Part shown: in pieces, positions 47,601-62,600 of the stretch | Numbering within the stretch: position 1 is the first letter of the stretch | Layout: every line of letters begins with the position of its first letter | Origin: Antedon mediterranea | Taxonomy: Eukaryota > Animalia > Echinodermata | Direction: 5' to 3' | DNA length: 64,000 bases | Assembly: GCF_964355755.1 (NCBI RefSeq) | Contig: NC_092680.1 | Location: forward strand, 6,758,001-6,822,000 | Position numbers and translations under genes: made by a program | The notes under the pieces: model-generated | Seen by the model: the letters and a program-made list of their open reading frames with translations, nothing else | What the model was told of the DNA's origin: nothing | Databases searched by the model: none

Positions 47601-50600
47601 TTTCTAATTGATGTTTAACAACAAGACCACCACTATACTGATGCACACATCACACAGAGCTGTTTCCACATCACATACTGAGCACTTTTCGGTAACCCTA
47701 TATGTCACGGTCCGTCACTGTCGTCAAAGGTCTGATTGAACGTGTGATGACCTTGCTATAATCAAAGTTTAAAGGAAAGTTCATTATTGCCAATGCAAAA
47801 TTTAAAGCAGAATCAAGAACCTCTACAATAATATATTCTGTGAAAATCATATTTGCTGGCATAGACTTTTGAAAAATATTATTGTTAAATTGATCAATGA
47901 ATTGTTGGATCACGTACAATTAAGACTTGTAGACGTGACAGCAATGGTGAATTTGTGATTTTGTCCATTAGACATATAAATAAATTTTGATCAAAAACTA
48001 TTGGATTAATCCTAACCCTATTTCACCCAGAAAGAGCGTTACTTTGAAACTACTGTAGTCAACTGGAGGAAACTTGTATGGAAGTTGAAATAAATAAGAT
48101 TAGCTTCCCATGTAGAGTTTGGGAGTTCACCAACCTGACAAAACCATGTAATAGGGTTATTTCAAGCCATGTAATGTGATGATTTACTATTTGAACTATC
48201 TGAGCCCATTCTACCAACAATAAACAGAACTTTTATAGGTTCCTTTATATGACCCTTTTAGTTTGTACGTACTTAAGCAACAAATTATTGTACACAAAAA
48301 AAAAAAGAAGAAAATAGTGTCATCGGATTTAATTTGATACAGTATTATACATTATTTTGCAAGGTTTTAATAATAATGGCTACGCTGAGTAAAAATTGTA
48401 AACAAAATTTATCCTCAAGAAATAATCTTCAGAAAAGCAAACATTATTGACAGGAACTGACAAAATAAACATGCTAGTAGTGCTCAAATGCATAGCAGCT
48501 ACCAAATAAAACTGAAAGGACCCTTAGGCCCAACCACTGATGTGCTATAAAACTAACATTGGTGGTTGAACCATACCCTAAAATTGACCGCTACAGTGTA
48601 CCACCAGCATTGCTTACTGCCTGAGGTGAGAATACAAGTCCACAGCAATGCCAGGGTCAATCTAGACTTGTCAATCACCAGTTTATGTCTGCATAAATGG
48701 TAATAAAAAAGTTCTAAGGTGTTAACCAAGCCATAAGCTTTGATAGGAAACTAGTTATGGATATTGTGACTAGTAATGTATTGAAAAATAGTATAATTGA
48801 AAGATTTGTATTTAGTAATCACTAAATACATTATTTATTTTGATTGAACACTATATATTATATTAGTATTTTGTGTCATGTAGGAAGGTGTTGTTAATGT
48901 ATCTTTTCCTTTTTTTTCTTTGTGCTTAAAATTGAAATTTAAATAAACAACAAAAAATCAAGTAGAAAAAAACAAGGCCTATTTCAAAATGATGGTAACT
49001 GCAGTAAAACATAGAGACTATTAATAGATTGTCTAGTATTTCCACATTAAAAAATCCAACAACACAAATAGAAAATTATGAATTATTATGAGCCTCAATT
49101 TATTGATGTAATCAGAACATTGCCGGATATAAAAAAAAGTTAGAATTGATGTATTGTAAACATCAGTTATTGAGATTGATTGTTTACAGTAATCTCTGCT
49201 GGATATAAAGAGAAATAAATAATATGGTCGATGCATCAAAAGGATGCTACAATAGGTATCTAGGTAGGAGCACGAATGCTGTGTCTAAGAGGTAACCAAT
49301 ATCACTGTGCTGACAGCAATACCGTGTCATTTGCAATCACTTTCTCATTACTGCCTATAGCGTTCTATTTTCTTTGGATGTTGCCCCCTGTGTTGAGAGC
49401 TGCACAGTTTACCACCATTTTTTAATAGACTTGTTTTATTATTTCTAGAACTATATTGTTAATGAATTCATGACTTGCTATATTTTTTTGTCACCTGAAA
49501 TTTTGGTTTGCATGCGTTTTTTCATTGTTGTAAGCCCCATTGTATTTCATTATATATATATATTTTTTTTAATTTTGTGTTTTTAGTTAAATATTATAGT
49601 TCTGACTATATTTTTTCTTCTATTAATTATATTGCTTTTGATGATAATATAAAAGTGTACGTTTAAATAAATGATACTGTAACTATAATAAATCTTTGAA
49701 TTCAAATATCAATATGTTGCCTGTAACCACTCATAGTATACCTGTACAATATATGTTCCATGTTAATGGATTACCTCTCCCTAGAAATTCTTTTTTCATC
49801 ATGCTGTGTTGACTAAATGTTATCATCAAGATCGTTAAGTGCTTTTTGTTTGGATTAGTGTTTGTTCTTTTCATTAACACATTCTATTGGGTGGTATCCA
49901 ACAGACTTGTTCTTTTAAAAATAATATAGGGCACTGAACCTTCCACAATATGGAAATTAATAAAAGCTAACAAAACTCCGTAGAGTAGAACCCTTCCTTT
50001 TAGAACAAACACAGGGAGAACTTCCTTAGAAATATATGTTTCAATACTACAGCCAACCCCCATTCAGGGGACACCCCTATTAAGGGGAAACTTTGTTCTA
50101 CTATATCATAAAATAAAGTAAAAAGGAAAATTATTACCGTAGTTTAGAATTCTAAACATTTGTTGAAAATATTAACAATAATCAAATATCTTTATTTGAA
50201 CTTTATCTAATTAATACACTCTATGTAGAATACTGACAGACTGTTGTTTAATATTTGAATGTGGGGTGATTGAGCATCATATGGCTGTCATTTAACCATT
50301 TTTTTTTTCCGCTTGCCAAAACGTATTCCTCTCAGAAGAAATAGCTTGTTTGTTTGTGTCTAGACCATTATAAACAAAGTATTTAGTATTGAACACCATT
50401 CTAAATCAATTAACAAAAGGAGATATCATCTGTACTTGAATCAATTTGTCAAAATGTTGAGACAACCTTTTGTTTATTAATTATTTCACTTCAATAGAAG
50501 AGCAACCTTACAACCTTGGAAAGAAATTAGAAAATTGATTTAACTACATTACTTGGTGATGGTATGGATTTTAGTTTGTTTTTAGAGTTACAGCAGTATT

Positions 50601-53600
50601 TCTAAAACTTTGTTTCAACAATTCCAGTCCGATTGTTTTTAGCCTTATTGTAAAAAGAAAGTAAACATTGTAGCATTCATACACCCTTTTAACAGTTAAA
50701 GTTACTTGATGGTAAAGTTATGAGTACAGTATTTGTACTACTGTACCAAGGTATCAGTGGTCGTTACTCTTAACTTGACATTTCATGTTACAACTAACAT
50801 TATTGTTTAGCTTTCATTATTGAGTTATTGTGGAAAAACATTTGAATCTAGTAACAACAAATAAATTGTCTCTGTATCCGACATCACATGTTTAAAAAAA
50901 AAATAAAAAAATGATTCCATGAAATACAACATATATTTGTTAGGGTTGGCATTCAAATAAATGTGAATATGGAACCATGTTAGCCTGACCTGTCAGTGAC
51001 CCAAATTGACCTGGGCCCTGGTTGATGGCAATCAAATGCATTTAGAATATTGTACTGTAGTCGAGTTTACAGATTTACATTAATATGTATTAAGTAATTA
51101 TTAGGCTGAGTCTGAGAGGCCTAATAGAATTAAAGGTGGATGTAAATGTTGTATTTCTGTATGCCTTGTCAGTTACTGGCAAAGGTAATTCAAATTTACA
51201 CTTTCAAATTCATCTAAACTAAAAACATATATAATACACTGGTTTAAAATGATTTTGTCCTGATTGTATTCAACAATGACAGACAACACTTGCACGTTGT
51301 TCAGCTTAAATTTCATCAAAACAACGAAAACATCTTTCTGGAGAGGCTAAATGACAAGTGATCAAATTCGCTATGCTTAATAAATATAAAATGTGTCACA
51401 TTACACAATTTAGCCTGCCATGCTTTACCAGCAGGTAAAATGAGGTCTGCTGAGGTACCTGTCTGCCACATACTTAGTGCACGATTGGAAAGAAGTAAAG
51501 TGACAGCCATATGATGCTCAATCACCCCACATTCAAATATTAAACAACAGTCTGTCAGTATTCTACATAGAGTGTATTAATTTAACTAAGTGGGTTAAAT
51601 AGTAATTTATCTAATGCAATTATTTGGAACTGTTAACATCTCTAACATTTAATTGTAAGCAATAACAATAATTTGTGTGTGGTACGAGTTTGTTCTTGTG
51701 AAATTTATCATATCATAATTGCCATCATTAAATATTATTGCATCCTGGTGAATGCTAAATACCTTCACAAGGTCTTGAGGGGGTTTAAGAACTATTTAAT
51801 AATTTCAGGTAATAAGTTTTATTCTTTTAAGTTGTGTTCCCACACTAGATTTTAGTATACATAGAATGGATTTAAACTGAAGGAATCATATTTATGTTCA
51901 CTCGTGTGAATGGTTAACTCTCTTATACCCCCTGTGTCATTAATAATAGAACTTCAATATAACTCCCTCATATTCAAAGTAAAGTTAGACAAAACACAAG
52001 TTTGAATGCAGAAATGCAAATTAAACCAAAACATTTGCTGTGTTTAACTCTGATCAAAGAATGTATATATATTCGCAATAAAAAAAAATGTCTGTAAACC
52101 CAGACTGAGACTCTATTTAATGTGTTACATTCAACTTACATATTCATTATACAAGATACGGTAGTTCATATTCTCAACTTTTTGTGAAAACAATTTTTAA
52201 ACCTGTTATTTCCTCTTATTATGGTGTATTTCTAAATATCAGCTGTCAATTCCAGAGACTTATCTGACTTAGTTTACTTTTAGTCATCTGTTCTAGTAAA
52301 ACCTTAAAGTGAAAACTACTGCAAACCGGGTTTATTTCCTCCCATGTATGGCGTTGTTCCTCATAATATTGCATTCAATTAAAATCTGGGTGATAATATT
52401 AGCGTCAAAAAGTGCAAAGAGATCATTAAATAACCCATTTATAATGACTAATAAATCAACAGTTACAAAAAGATGTTCTGAAGAAAAGTTGAAATATAAA
52501 CTGGGTGTTTACCACACCATAGTAGAATAGTGCAATGACTGCAAATAAACACCCATAACAAATACTAGAAGTTATTTTCACGCTGCTGCTCTAGCCCGCT
52601 ACGTCACACGAGATGACTCATTCATTAGATGAAATCAAGCAGCTTTATAGTACTACACTTTGACATTTTTGTTAAAATGGAAACTCCACTATAATTTATT
52701 GGTACCACCTGTTGAATCCAAAAACGGCTGAGAAAAGAGTCTAACGACAAATCCCAAAGCATTCTGGTATTTATGAGTCCCATGATATAATTCGCTGTCA
52801 GATAATCATTGAATTATTATCAAAACAGTCAGTCCATTGAAGTTTTTGTTTGTAATAGGATACTTGAAGTATCTAGGCGTGATGAAGTGACCCCCAGACT
52901 TGACCTTAGCAATAACAATAAGCGAGCAGCGTTTTTTGTAAGAAATATTCTTGTTTAAATATACACTTAACTATATTTTTAATCTAACTTGTTGGTATGC
53001 TAGTTCAGTCATTTGGGAATAAAGTGCATTAAAAGTTTATAGTTTAAGTGTGATATAGTATTATAAAGAAAGACGTTGTATGATGTTTGCTGAAGTATAA
53101 ATTTGTAATTTTTAGAGGCAAAGAAAGAAATTCTAAATCAGTAAAATAAGACAATTTGCTACAGTAAAGTGTGAAAATGTTGGCCAGCCTAAATTCGAAA
53201 ACTGCATATTAAAATGGTTATCGCCAACATCGACTGAATGATAATGTAATTACATGAATTTATTTAAAAAAAGCTATAAAAAAAACCAAAAAAACAATTA
53301 AATCATCAACATAAATCATCAACATAAAAACAGAATAGTATTATCAAAAGTAAAATTTTGTTTAAATGGAGAAGATCTTTGGTACATGCTATTCTATTAA
53401 ATTATTTCTATTTCAATGTGTAACCCATAACTTGTTTAACTCATTGAATCATCGCCATAAGTATGGCTTATTGGGGTCACACACAATTATTTGTCATGGT
53501 AAATATACCTTTTGGTGAGAAAATGTGTGTAGCACTTTATTGGAGACCTTGAAGATTTGATGCATCCACGTGTTTCAAGATTTCAACTTATTTCCCAATG

Positions 53601-56600
53601 TTAATGCCAATTGTTGGGGTTTCTATAATCTTGTTTCACTTTATCATAATAAGAAAATAATAATATATAATGTAATAATAATTGCCCTTTATCACATAAA
53701 CGAAAGCAATGCAGCAAAGTTTTAAGCAAAAGGGAACGATTTTTTGAACTTTTTTTAATGTTATATATTAATATAAAGTTTGGTAATTTTCCAACTGTAG
53801 GCCTAATTGGTAAAGTTTGAGTGATATTTCCTGTCATCATAAGCACTTGAAAATATCACTTTATATGAATTAAATACTTCAGATGAGATCGATTATTTTA
53901 ATACTACAACAAAATTTGCATCAGATGCAAATAACTTTTATCAAGATATTGCTTAGGCCTAATAGAAATCAAATCAAGATGAGAAATAAAAGTCAGTAAA
54001 AGTGGAAAATGGAATTGTTAATTCCGAAATATTCAAACTTTCAGACTCTAGATTTAGTGGCAGGGGGAAGAAATAAGTGGGCTTTTAAGTAGTTTAATAA
54101 ATGTTTATCCTTCCTTAAAAAGTTGGTTCTCCCAGGGAAGAGTTAAATTAACTCTTCCCTGGTTCTCCGACATACATCAGTGACTTTGAAATCAGTGGCA
54201 AATATCAAGGTATTTATAACATGATACACATTAAACTACAATCGATTTACTACCGTACTGTACTAATTTTCTACAATAAAGAAACAACTTATTCCATGTC
54301 CATGTTTCATTCCTTCCCAGAATCCACTCCATCCGATTCAATAGAAGAATAATGATTTTTAATATTTAGTTTTCATATTCTAAAATTGGTCTATTTAAGT
54401 CCACGACCTTTAAATACAGTCAGGTGGTGTTACTCATGGAAAATATCAACAGAGAATAAAATAATTAACAACAGTACTTGGGAAGTTCTTGATGTATGAT
54501 CAGTTTTCAACCAGTCGGAGCCTTAAGTAAGGACCTTTAGCCATTCTTGTTTCTCTAAGGAAATGTGCCACGGTGTTTCATATTCAGTAGTGTCAAATGG
54601 GATTTAGAATTCATTTGAAAATTGACGCATTTTGAGTGCTTAGGCCTAAGGCTTCTGCGAACTTAATTCAAAGACTGCTATATAAAGATTTCTGAGTCTT
54701 TAAAAATTACCACATACACTAAGAAGTATCAACAAGTTTCAAAATCTCAAATTAATAACCAACATTTTCAAAGGCGCTCAAGACTCTCTCCTGGCACATA
54801 CAACAGTCATCAATCGCTAATTTGAAGAGCATTTAATATAGGTTTTTTTTAGAATTCTACACGATTTTATTTAAAGATTTGTAAATTGAACTATATAATC
54901 AAACCCTGGAGAATACAGTGATAGTGATCGTATGATTTTGTACAGTAGCTTGTACAATCTGATTAAAGTTGACAAGAAACGAACGAACGGTGCGAATATT
55001 TTATTATCACGATACTGAAACTTTCTTAGGTCTTAATATAACAAAACAAAAAGACCCGACGTTACCTTTTTTTTACCAAATATCAGAAACTCTATATCTT
55101 TTTGTTTTTATCACTGAACTAGGCCTACGGGTTTTTTCATTTGAAATCAAGACCGTGACTTCTAAAAAGTGGCAATGAAGCCCAGCATTTTGAATCGGTA
55201 CCGGTATGGGAAATTGATAACATACGATGTGGGGAAGAGTAAAATTACGATTGGTGTATAATTGAGCAATTTTATGAGGACTGAACTTCTTGCAGAGCAG
55301 GCAATAGATATCAGACCTAATTCTTATAACTTATATTTATAAATTAGTATATAGTTCATTTGATATTAATCTTTAAACTAATATTGGTGAACTATAATAA
55401 TATAAATATTAATAGTGATAGCCGTTTTGTATAAAAATCTATTTTATGGTTTATTGTAGGCCTACTGTTTACCATACGATATATGAACGAAGTATGCCGC
55501 AATAACCTTAACCCTATAAACAGAAAGGATGTTTCGTGGTACATGCAACATTTCAAACAAATCATGACATTAAAATAAATACGGTCCAACTAAATGAAGG
55601 ATGGTTGATTGCTAGTTGAACGTGATTTTAACACGGATCGTCATCCAAACACTTTATTCTTTGCCTAACCTGACGTTAACACGCTGTCTCTATTCGCAAT
55701 TTCCTGAATAATAAAGACCTTATGGTTTTATCATGGAACTTTGAATTTAATCTGTCAGTGATTGTGACGTGACAGACGTCAAAAGAAATGTCAATCATTT
55801 GTTATGACTATAATATTAGATACCTCCATGGTACGACGGATAAAGGTAATTTCAGGAAAAACACGAAGTAACACGATTTTTTTATTTCATATCAAAAGAT
55901 AAATGTTATAGTCCCGTATTTTACTTACGAATACGTTTGGTGTTTCATACATTACATTACAAATTTGATATAGAATGAAACAATTTTTAAAACACTTTAC
56001 ATCGAAATTATGTTCTACACATAAACTTGTTGGAAACGAAACGTTTTTAATTTACGCTTTAAACTATCAAAGTTAGTTTCAGACCGAATTGACACTAGTG
56101 TTTTATAGAATATCCACTTTTATTAATTCACTCACTGTCACTCGTACAGCGTTTGTGCTTTAGAACCAATTTAAACAGATGTAAAATTAGTCATGAAATG
56201 TTTCGAGTTTTATTGAAATAATTTGCCACGAATCTTAAGCAACGAACTTATAACGCTTACCTGCTGATTCGGAAGTGGAGAAACCTATGCCCTTCCGTTG
56301 CATTCTCTCGGCCCATATGGGTCTCTTTTGTACACTTTCCTCACCTACCTTTCTTTTGTCAAAACATTTGAAGACATCTGGTAGATTTGAGAAAAACATC
56401 ACATTAATTTGACTGTGTGTACAGTGGTGTGTATAAGTCACCAGCGGGTTCGTTTTGTAAAGGTGTTAAAGCGCGTCAAACGTCATTGAATTAAAATTAA
56501 TAGAAAAGGATTATAAAGAATTCGGCGTGTGTTCGGTCGCGGATGCTGCTGCGCTTTTAATTCAATTTTGATAATTAAACTTCCGATAAAACCCCACATT

Positions 56601-59600
56601 GTATGACAAGCTATTGAATGTGTTGTACAGTATAAGCGAATATTTCGATTCATGTTGAGAAAATGACTACCTGTATCGGTAATTAGGTCTTTCACAGTTT
56701 TGGCGTTGTTTTGCTCAGCATACCTTCTCGGAGGACAATTTATTGTACATTGTCCAGTGACTGAAGCTGTTTCTACCCCCTAGCGACGGTGATATGTCGC
56801 TACTTCCATCTGCACCTGCACTATTATAGACTCAGACTTCAGAATCGGGAAGTAGGCTACATTGGTCCCAAAAAAGTCATGACTTGCAACAGTAAATGGT
56901 TTCATGAATAATGACTTAACAAACACAAAATTGATAGATTTGTCATCTGAAAGCACGCGATGGCACTGTTGCCAACCAGACCTACTTACACTCAATCCAC
57001 ACTCATACAGAATCCATCAACGGTTACACCTGTATATATAGTATGACAGAATCCCTAAAGGGGACACTTTCGGGGCCCAATAATGTGCCCCTTTAGTGTC
57101 CCTGAATATGGGTTGGTCGTAGTTTAAAACAGTATTACCGTACCCTCGTTTGGTACATGGGGAAGTATTTCCTTGCGGTGTCCTAAATGAGTGGTTCTAC
57201 TTCTAGATCGGAAATTATTTTTATTGGAATTTCTCAAAATAAAAAAATCATCATTAATATTTACGTTAAAAAGGTCTAACTATCCTACTACTTGACCAGT
57301 GATATTTATTAAAATTCTGTTCTTCAAGACGGAAAACTCAGTTTTATTAAAATTACAACAATATTTAAAAACATTATATTATTTAAAAAATCTGGAGAAT
57401 TGATTTCAAATTGCATAAATATATATTTATATATATATATATATATAGGTTTATGTTACGATGAATCTAAACAACATAAAAATGACTATTACTAAAAATA
57501 CACGTGAAAAGAAATCGGTAAGAAACGCATGATAACCAAGAATTACTGACATTCGATGATGATTGGTCCGGCATCATGAAAACATTTCATGTGTTCACCT
57601 GCCAGTAATAATATTACTAGACAGCCGTGTAATTTCTAGGCTTTCAAACCTCCGTCCATAATGTAATGTCAACAGAAAGGTGAAATCTGCATGTTAACAC
57701 CGGAATTTAGAAATCTTGGTTTGGTTCCGTTTGTTTTGATTGTAAGTGAGGATTAGTTATTGAAGGAGGGAGAAGGAGAGAGACAATTGAAGGAAACAAT
57801 GGCACTCTACCGGACCGATTTTGGTCGATATAATACCGGTAGTTTAGATCGATTTTTATAATCGAAAGATGGGAATATGGGACTATGTTTATCCTTTTAA
57901 AGGAAAGGAGGGAGAATTGAGGGGATAGAGTATATATTTTACTGCAATCACGAGTGTGAGGATGTATTGAACAAAACCGAGGAGTGTAAGCCTATAATCG
58001 TGGTCTGGCTATGGTTGAAGAATGTTCTATATATTCCACCTAATTAATTACATACACTATCACTCAGTATTCGTCAATTTCCCACACACGGTCGGGAGCA
58101 CGACGTTTCTTATTATCGAATAATCACGGGACAAAATCTTTAGACTAATGAAAAATGATCTGATGTCGTCGTGAAAGCGATCTTCGCCTCCCAAGTTGTT
58201 TTAATGCGTTAAAATTACAACAATTTCCTTCACTGTATTAATATTTAGCGGTATATGATTGAAGTGAAGCTAGGCCCGCGTTGAAGGGCAATTGATGCAT
58301 TGATGATACAGTTGGTAGAGGGGAAAGCTCCCTGACAGTTGGTGACGGGAAACTAGCAGTATCAAGGCCAGTTCAACTAACAATGATGCTGACGGTCGTA
58401 ATATTGTGTTAAACGCTATGTTCATTTTCAAGCATAAGCCTCACATATTTAACGGCATTTTTAAAATTGAATTAATCAGCGTGGCTAATTTACATACAGA
58501 AGGTACATTTTTACCCGGTATTCTCAGAAAAAAAGTGGTTAATGACGTAACAAATATATTGAAAAATACAGATGAGCTGATGGCTTTAAAAGGTCACGTA
58601 TCTATTCAACTTGTCCTGTCGGCTGGTATCAATCAAATATAAAATTAAGGTCGTCTCCCAATACAGGTAAATTATTATACATTCAAGATTTTATAATATA
58701 AGACGGCTGTGTTATGCGAACAACAAAATCTATAACTGGAATTTAATATTAGGAATTCTAAAGATGAGACCTGCTGTATTATAATCTAGGCCTATCATTA
58801 TGTCTTAACTCCTTGCATTTAATATTTTAGGCTGCATCAATTTTAGGCCTATAGTTTGCGGTGAAATTCTGAGAAAGACCGTCTGAGCATTACCAATAGT
58901 AATATTTGTTTTAACTTACAATACTAATTCCAGGAAACTGATTTCATTGATATAAGCACGAATTATTATCGTTCACATTTATTGATACTAATTTTTAGAA
59001 TTCTAAATTAACCACTTTGGTTTGTCTTATTTTCATAAGGTCTTGAAAGTCTACACTGAGTGACGGAGACCTACTAAGGAGGTCGTCACAGCCCTGACAT
59101 AACCACAGTTATGAAACCAAGAATGGTTAGTAGATCGTTATGGGAGTTTGCCCCTGAGGGAGAGAAATCACTGGTACTGAGTTCAATACTCAGGCAGACA
59201 AGCATGATATCCGTTGTCAAAAGCTTTCCTCTTAGGTCCTGGGCTGCTTCAGGTTTCGTATTAACTTTGTATCTAGTGTAAGCCTACAAGTCGGGCCCGT
59301 ACACTTTAATATCAACTTGGGCCTACTGTATGAATGTTTTCATCAATATTCTTTACCATGTAGTGGTGAAATGAGACGTCACGATCAACGTTTCCGAATG
59401 GTTTCATCTCACTGACCATGCAATTCTTTGACCCTGTTTTGTATTACAGTTTCCTAATTGCTCTATCAATGAGTGTATGAAAAAATATATAATTTCACAG
59501 AACTAAAGAATCGCATGGAATTTTTCAAATGTGAATTAGAAATAAGATATCTAATTATTTGTATTAAACATCTTGTGCACGTAAATGTCATATATAGAAC

Positions 59601-62600
59601 TATACAAAATACGGTTAATATTTTTATAATGGAGACCTTAAAAGGATTATTGCCAGTTAATTAAGCACGGTTCAAGTGTTTTAATATGAATCAATTGGTG
59701 ACGAGACAAGAACTGATCACCTTATATTATAGTTATATAATTTTTGTAAGCTATGGCATGTTAAATGCAAAAGGTAGAATTTAACTTCACCTGAAAGTCA
59801 AAATACAAGACAACCCGTCGGCCTCTACTTATCGATCCAGGTAGTATGATTATTTTTGTTTCTTGTGAAAACAAATATATTTCGTAACGGTTTACCTGTA
59901 TTACCGGAAGTCGTTTGTTACCGGCATAATTTGAACATGAAGGAATTTGTTTTGAATTAAAGATTCCAAAATGGATCATCTGTTTATCCTTTAAAACAAA
60001 GGAATTACTGTTTTATATGACAAAATGGAAATACAAATGAAAACTTACATAGCAGAACAAATAGATTTTGGATTTTCTGCGCAAAAATCTGGAGTACACT
60101 TGGGCTGACATCCAGATACTCTGTTCGCTTCGTCTCTCATCTGTAAATCTATTTTGAAAAAAAATAAGTAAATAAATAATCTTTATACTGAATGAGATTA
60201 CAAGCAGTGTTTTCCAACGTGGTTCAGTATAAAACATCAACAATAAATACTGACATTATTGGATAAAAGTAAAACAGTAGGCCTGTCGCACTTTAAGCGT
60301 GGTTCCCACTAGCGACGCAACACAAGGACGTAACGCAACGCAAGTGAATTGACCAATCACAAGCGATGGCTTATTCGCTTGTGATTGCTAAAGCGTGGTT
60401 CAATTCCCACTAGCGACGCAACACAAGGACGTAACGCAACGCAAGTGAATTGACCAATCACAAGCGATGGCTTATTCGCTTGTGATTGCTAACTGTCTAT
60501 AACTTCGCTTGTCATTGGTTAAAACGCTTGCGTTGCGTTTACGTCCTTGCGTTACGTTCTAGTGGGAACCAAGCTTTAAATGTATACCAACGTACGCCAA
60601 CGTTAACAGAAAGAAAAACAAAATATGAAAGAAATATTCACGGTAGACTATAATGTTAATCAAAATAATATTATACTTATTTTCACTTTAGTGATATTCT
60701 TAACTTGTAAATTAATTATAATTTTCATATAAGAATACGTCTAATAGTTATTATCAATTTATTTAGAAAAAGCATTTTCTTTTTAAATAAAATTTGTATG
60801 AACACGGTATAAATATAATTTTGTAAAATTAACCGGAGACCGTTATTTAACGAAAGAAAGTTCCATAATTTGTAAAGGAATTTAAAAGTTAGAATGCCGC
60901 AGTGTTAAAACTATCTGTATTTGTTGTGTGTATTCAATGTTTGTTATTGCCGTCATGCTCAACCAAACTTGATCTTGAAATTATTAACACCAATAAAATT
61001 CGTAATAACAAGGCGTTAACTGATCGTAATTTATGTAAGATGAGATGATGACATCAAATTAAAGTTCAAACTGTGAGCGAGTTGTCGTTTTAAGAGTGGG
61101 AAATGCATTGATGTATGGTATATTAGCCTGGAATTATTATTAAACCGGGGAAAAAGAGAACACAAATGATATTTTTTTGTAATTGTGTCGCGATTTAAAT
61201 AAAGCAGCTGATTTTCAGGTTCAAATTATTTAAAAACCTTTAATTATTCGATGATTTTTAGCCGTAGACCGATATATACAATTAACTTAAAAACGATCTT
61301 ATGCTACCCAATATAAAAGAACAATCTGAACGAAGACACTGACATATTTAAATTAGAACTTATAACAATTTGGATTAGATCAATAAAGTAGGCCTAAAAA
61401 GTAGGCCTAGTCCATAAGAAGACACATACATGGGCAAATCATGAGAAACAACAATTCAATTAATTAATTGTCTGGTGGCAGTTTTCCTAATTTTCATCGT
61501 TTAGGCCCATAGATTAAATAATGTACAGTATATCATCACTGGGTGCAGGTTTGGAGTTTCTCTGTGCCATTACGGTATGTACGTCACAGTAAAATACAGT
61601 TTTAGGCTTATGTTTTTGAAAAGTTGTTTCTATAATTCTAACCAACATTCAAAGCGTCTTTTAAAAAACGTTATAATGTAGAATGTAGGCCTATAACCTT
61701 ATCAATTGGACCTACATAGTATAATGGTACCGGTACTATGATTAAGCACCAACGAAATGTAAGCCTAGTACATTTTGTGAAGGAAATATTTATCAACGGT
61801 TTAGTTTGAGGAAAGAAGGTTTAGCATCTATACGTACAAGTGCTTCTCTGTGATTCATCCTTAATCATAGATATCGCCATGTGTTATAATTCGTTTATGA
61901 AAGTTGAAAATACACTTGTTCTAAAGTATAATTTGTAAAGAAGATACCATGCTGCAATCTTTATAAGTTATACCTGTAATTTAATAGTATAGTGCTGGTG
62001 TGCAATGACATTTCACTTTTTTCAATTAGATTATTTAGATATTAGGTACAGGTATTCGTTTTCCCTATTTCCAAATAACATTTGCAGTGAAACGCATGTT
62101 TTAAATGACAAAACGTTGACAAATTTCAAAATATTGAATTGCAATATAGTCGTAAGCAACACCATACTAAACTATACTTATATAATCATTGGTTTAATCA
62201 TTCCATGTCAATATGTAACTTATTTTTTTTGCACTTAAATAAGTTTGGTTAATTTATAAGTAACTTATTCACTTACTTCTTTTACAGATTCCCCCTTTCA
62301 ATGTGTATGGCTCATTGTTTGGCGTCGTATCTTCTACTTCAACACACTCAAGTCCAGCGTCGCATTTACCCATGTAATTATGTGTACCCCCACATTTTTC
62401 ACCCTCTTGTTTGGCGCACACCGGACAGCAACCACAAACGCCCGTCGTAACACCTCCCGGACACTTCAATTTTGATGCTTTTCTAGGCGAACAATGAACT
62501 TCATTGCAAGGGGGGCACTTTAGTTCCGAAGCTCTAATGTCTCTGTTTTGTATTGCACCGCAGTCCGCTTGCGTAATCCAATTAAATATAAATATGGAAA

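Noticed and set aside
56261-56377. 117-nt cassette exon in intron 2 of the IGFBP-domain gene (good acceptor, CAG/gtaagc donor)
   Set aside because: In the required phase 2 it hits TGA after five codons; the open frame is incompatible. It could only be a poison exon, and nothing in the sequence supports that.
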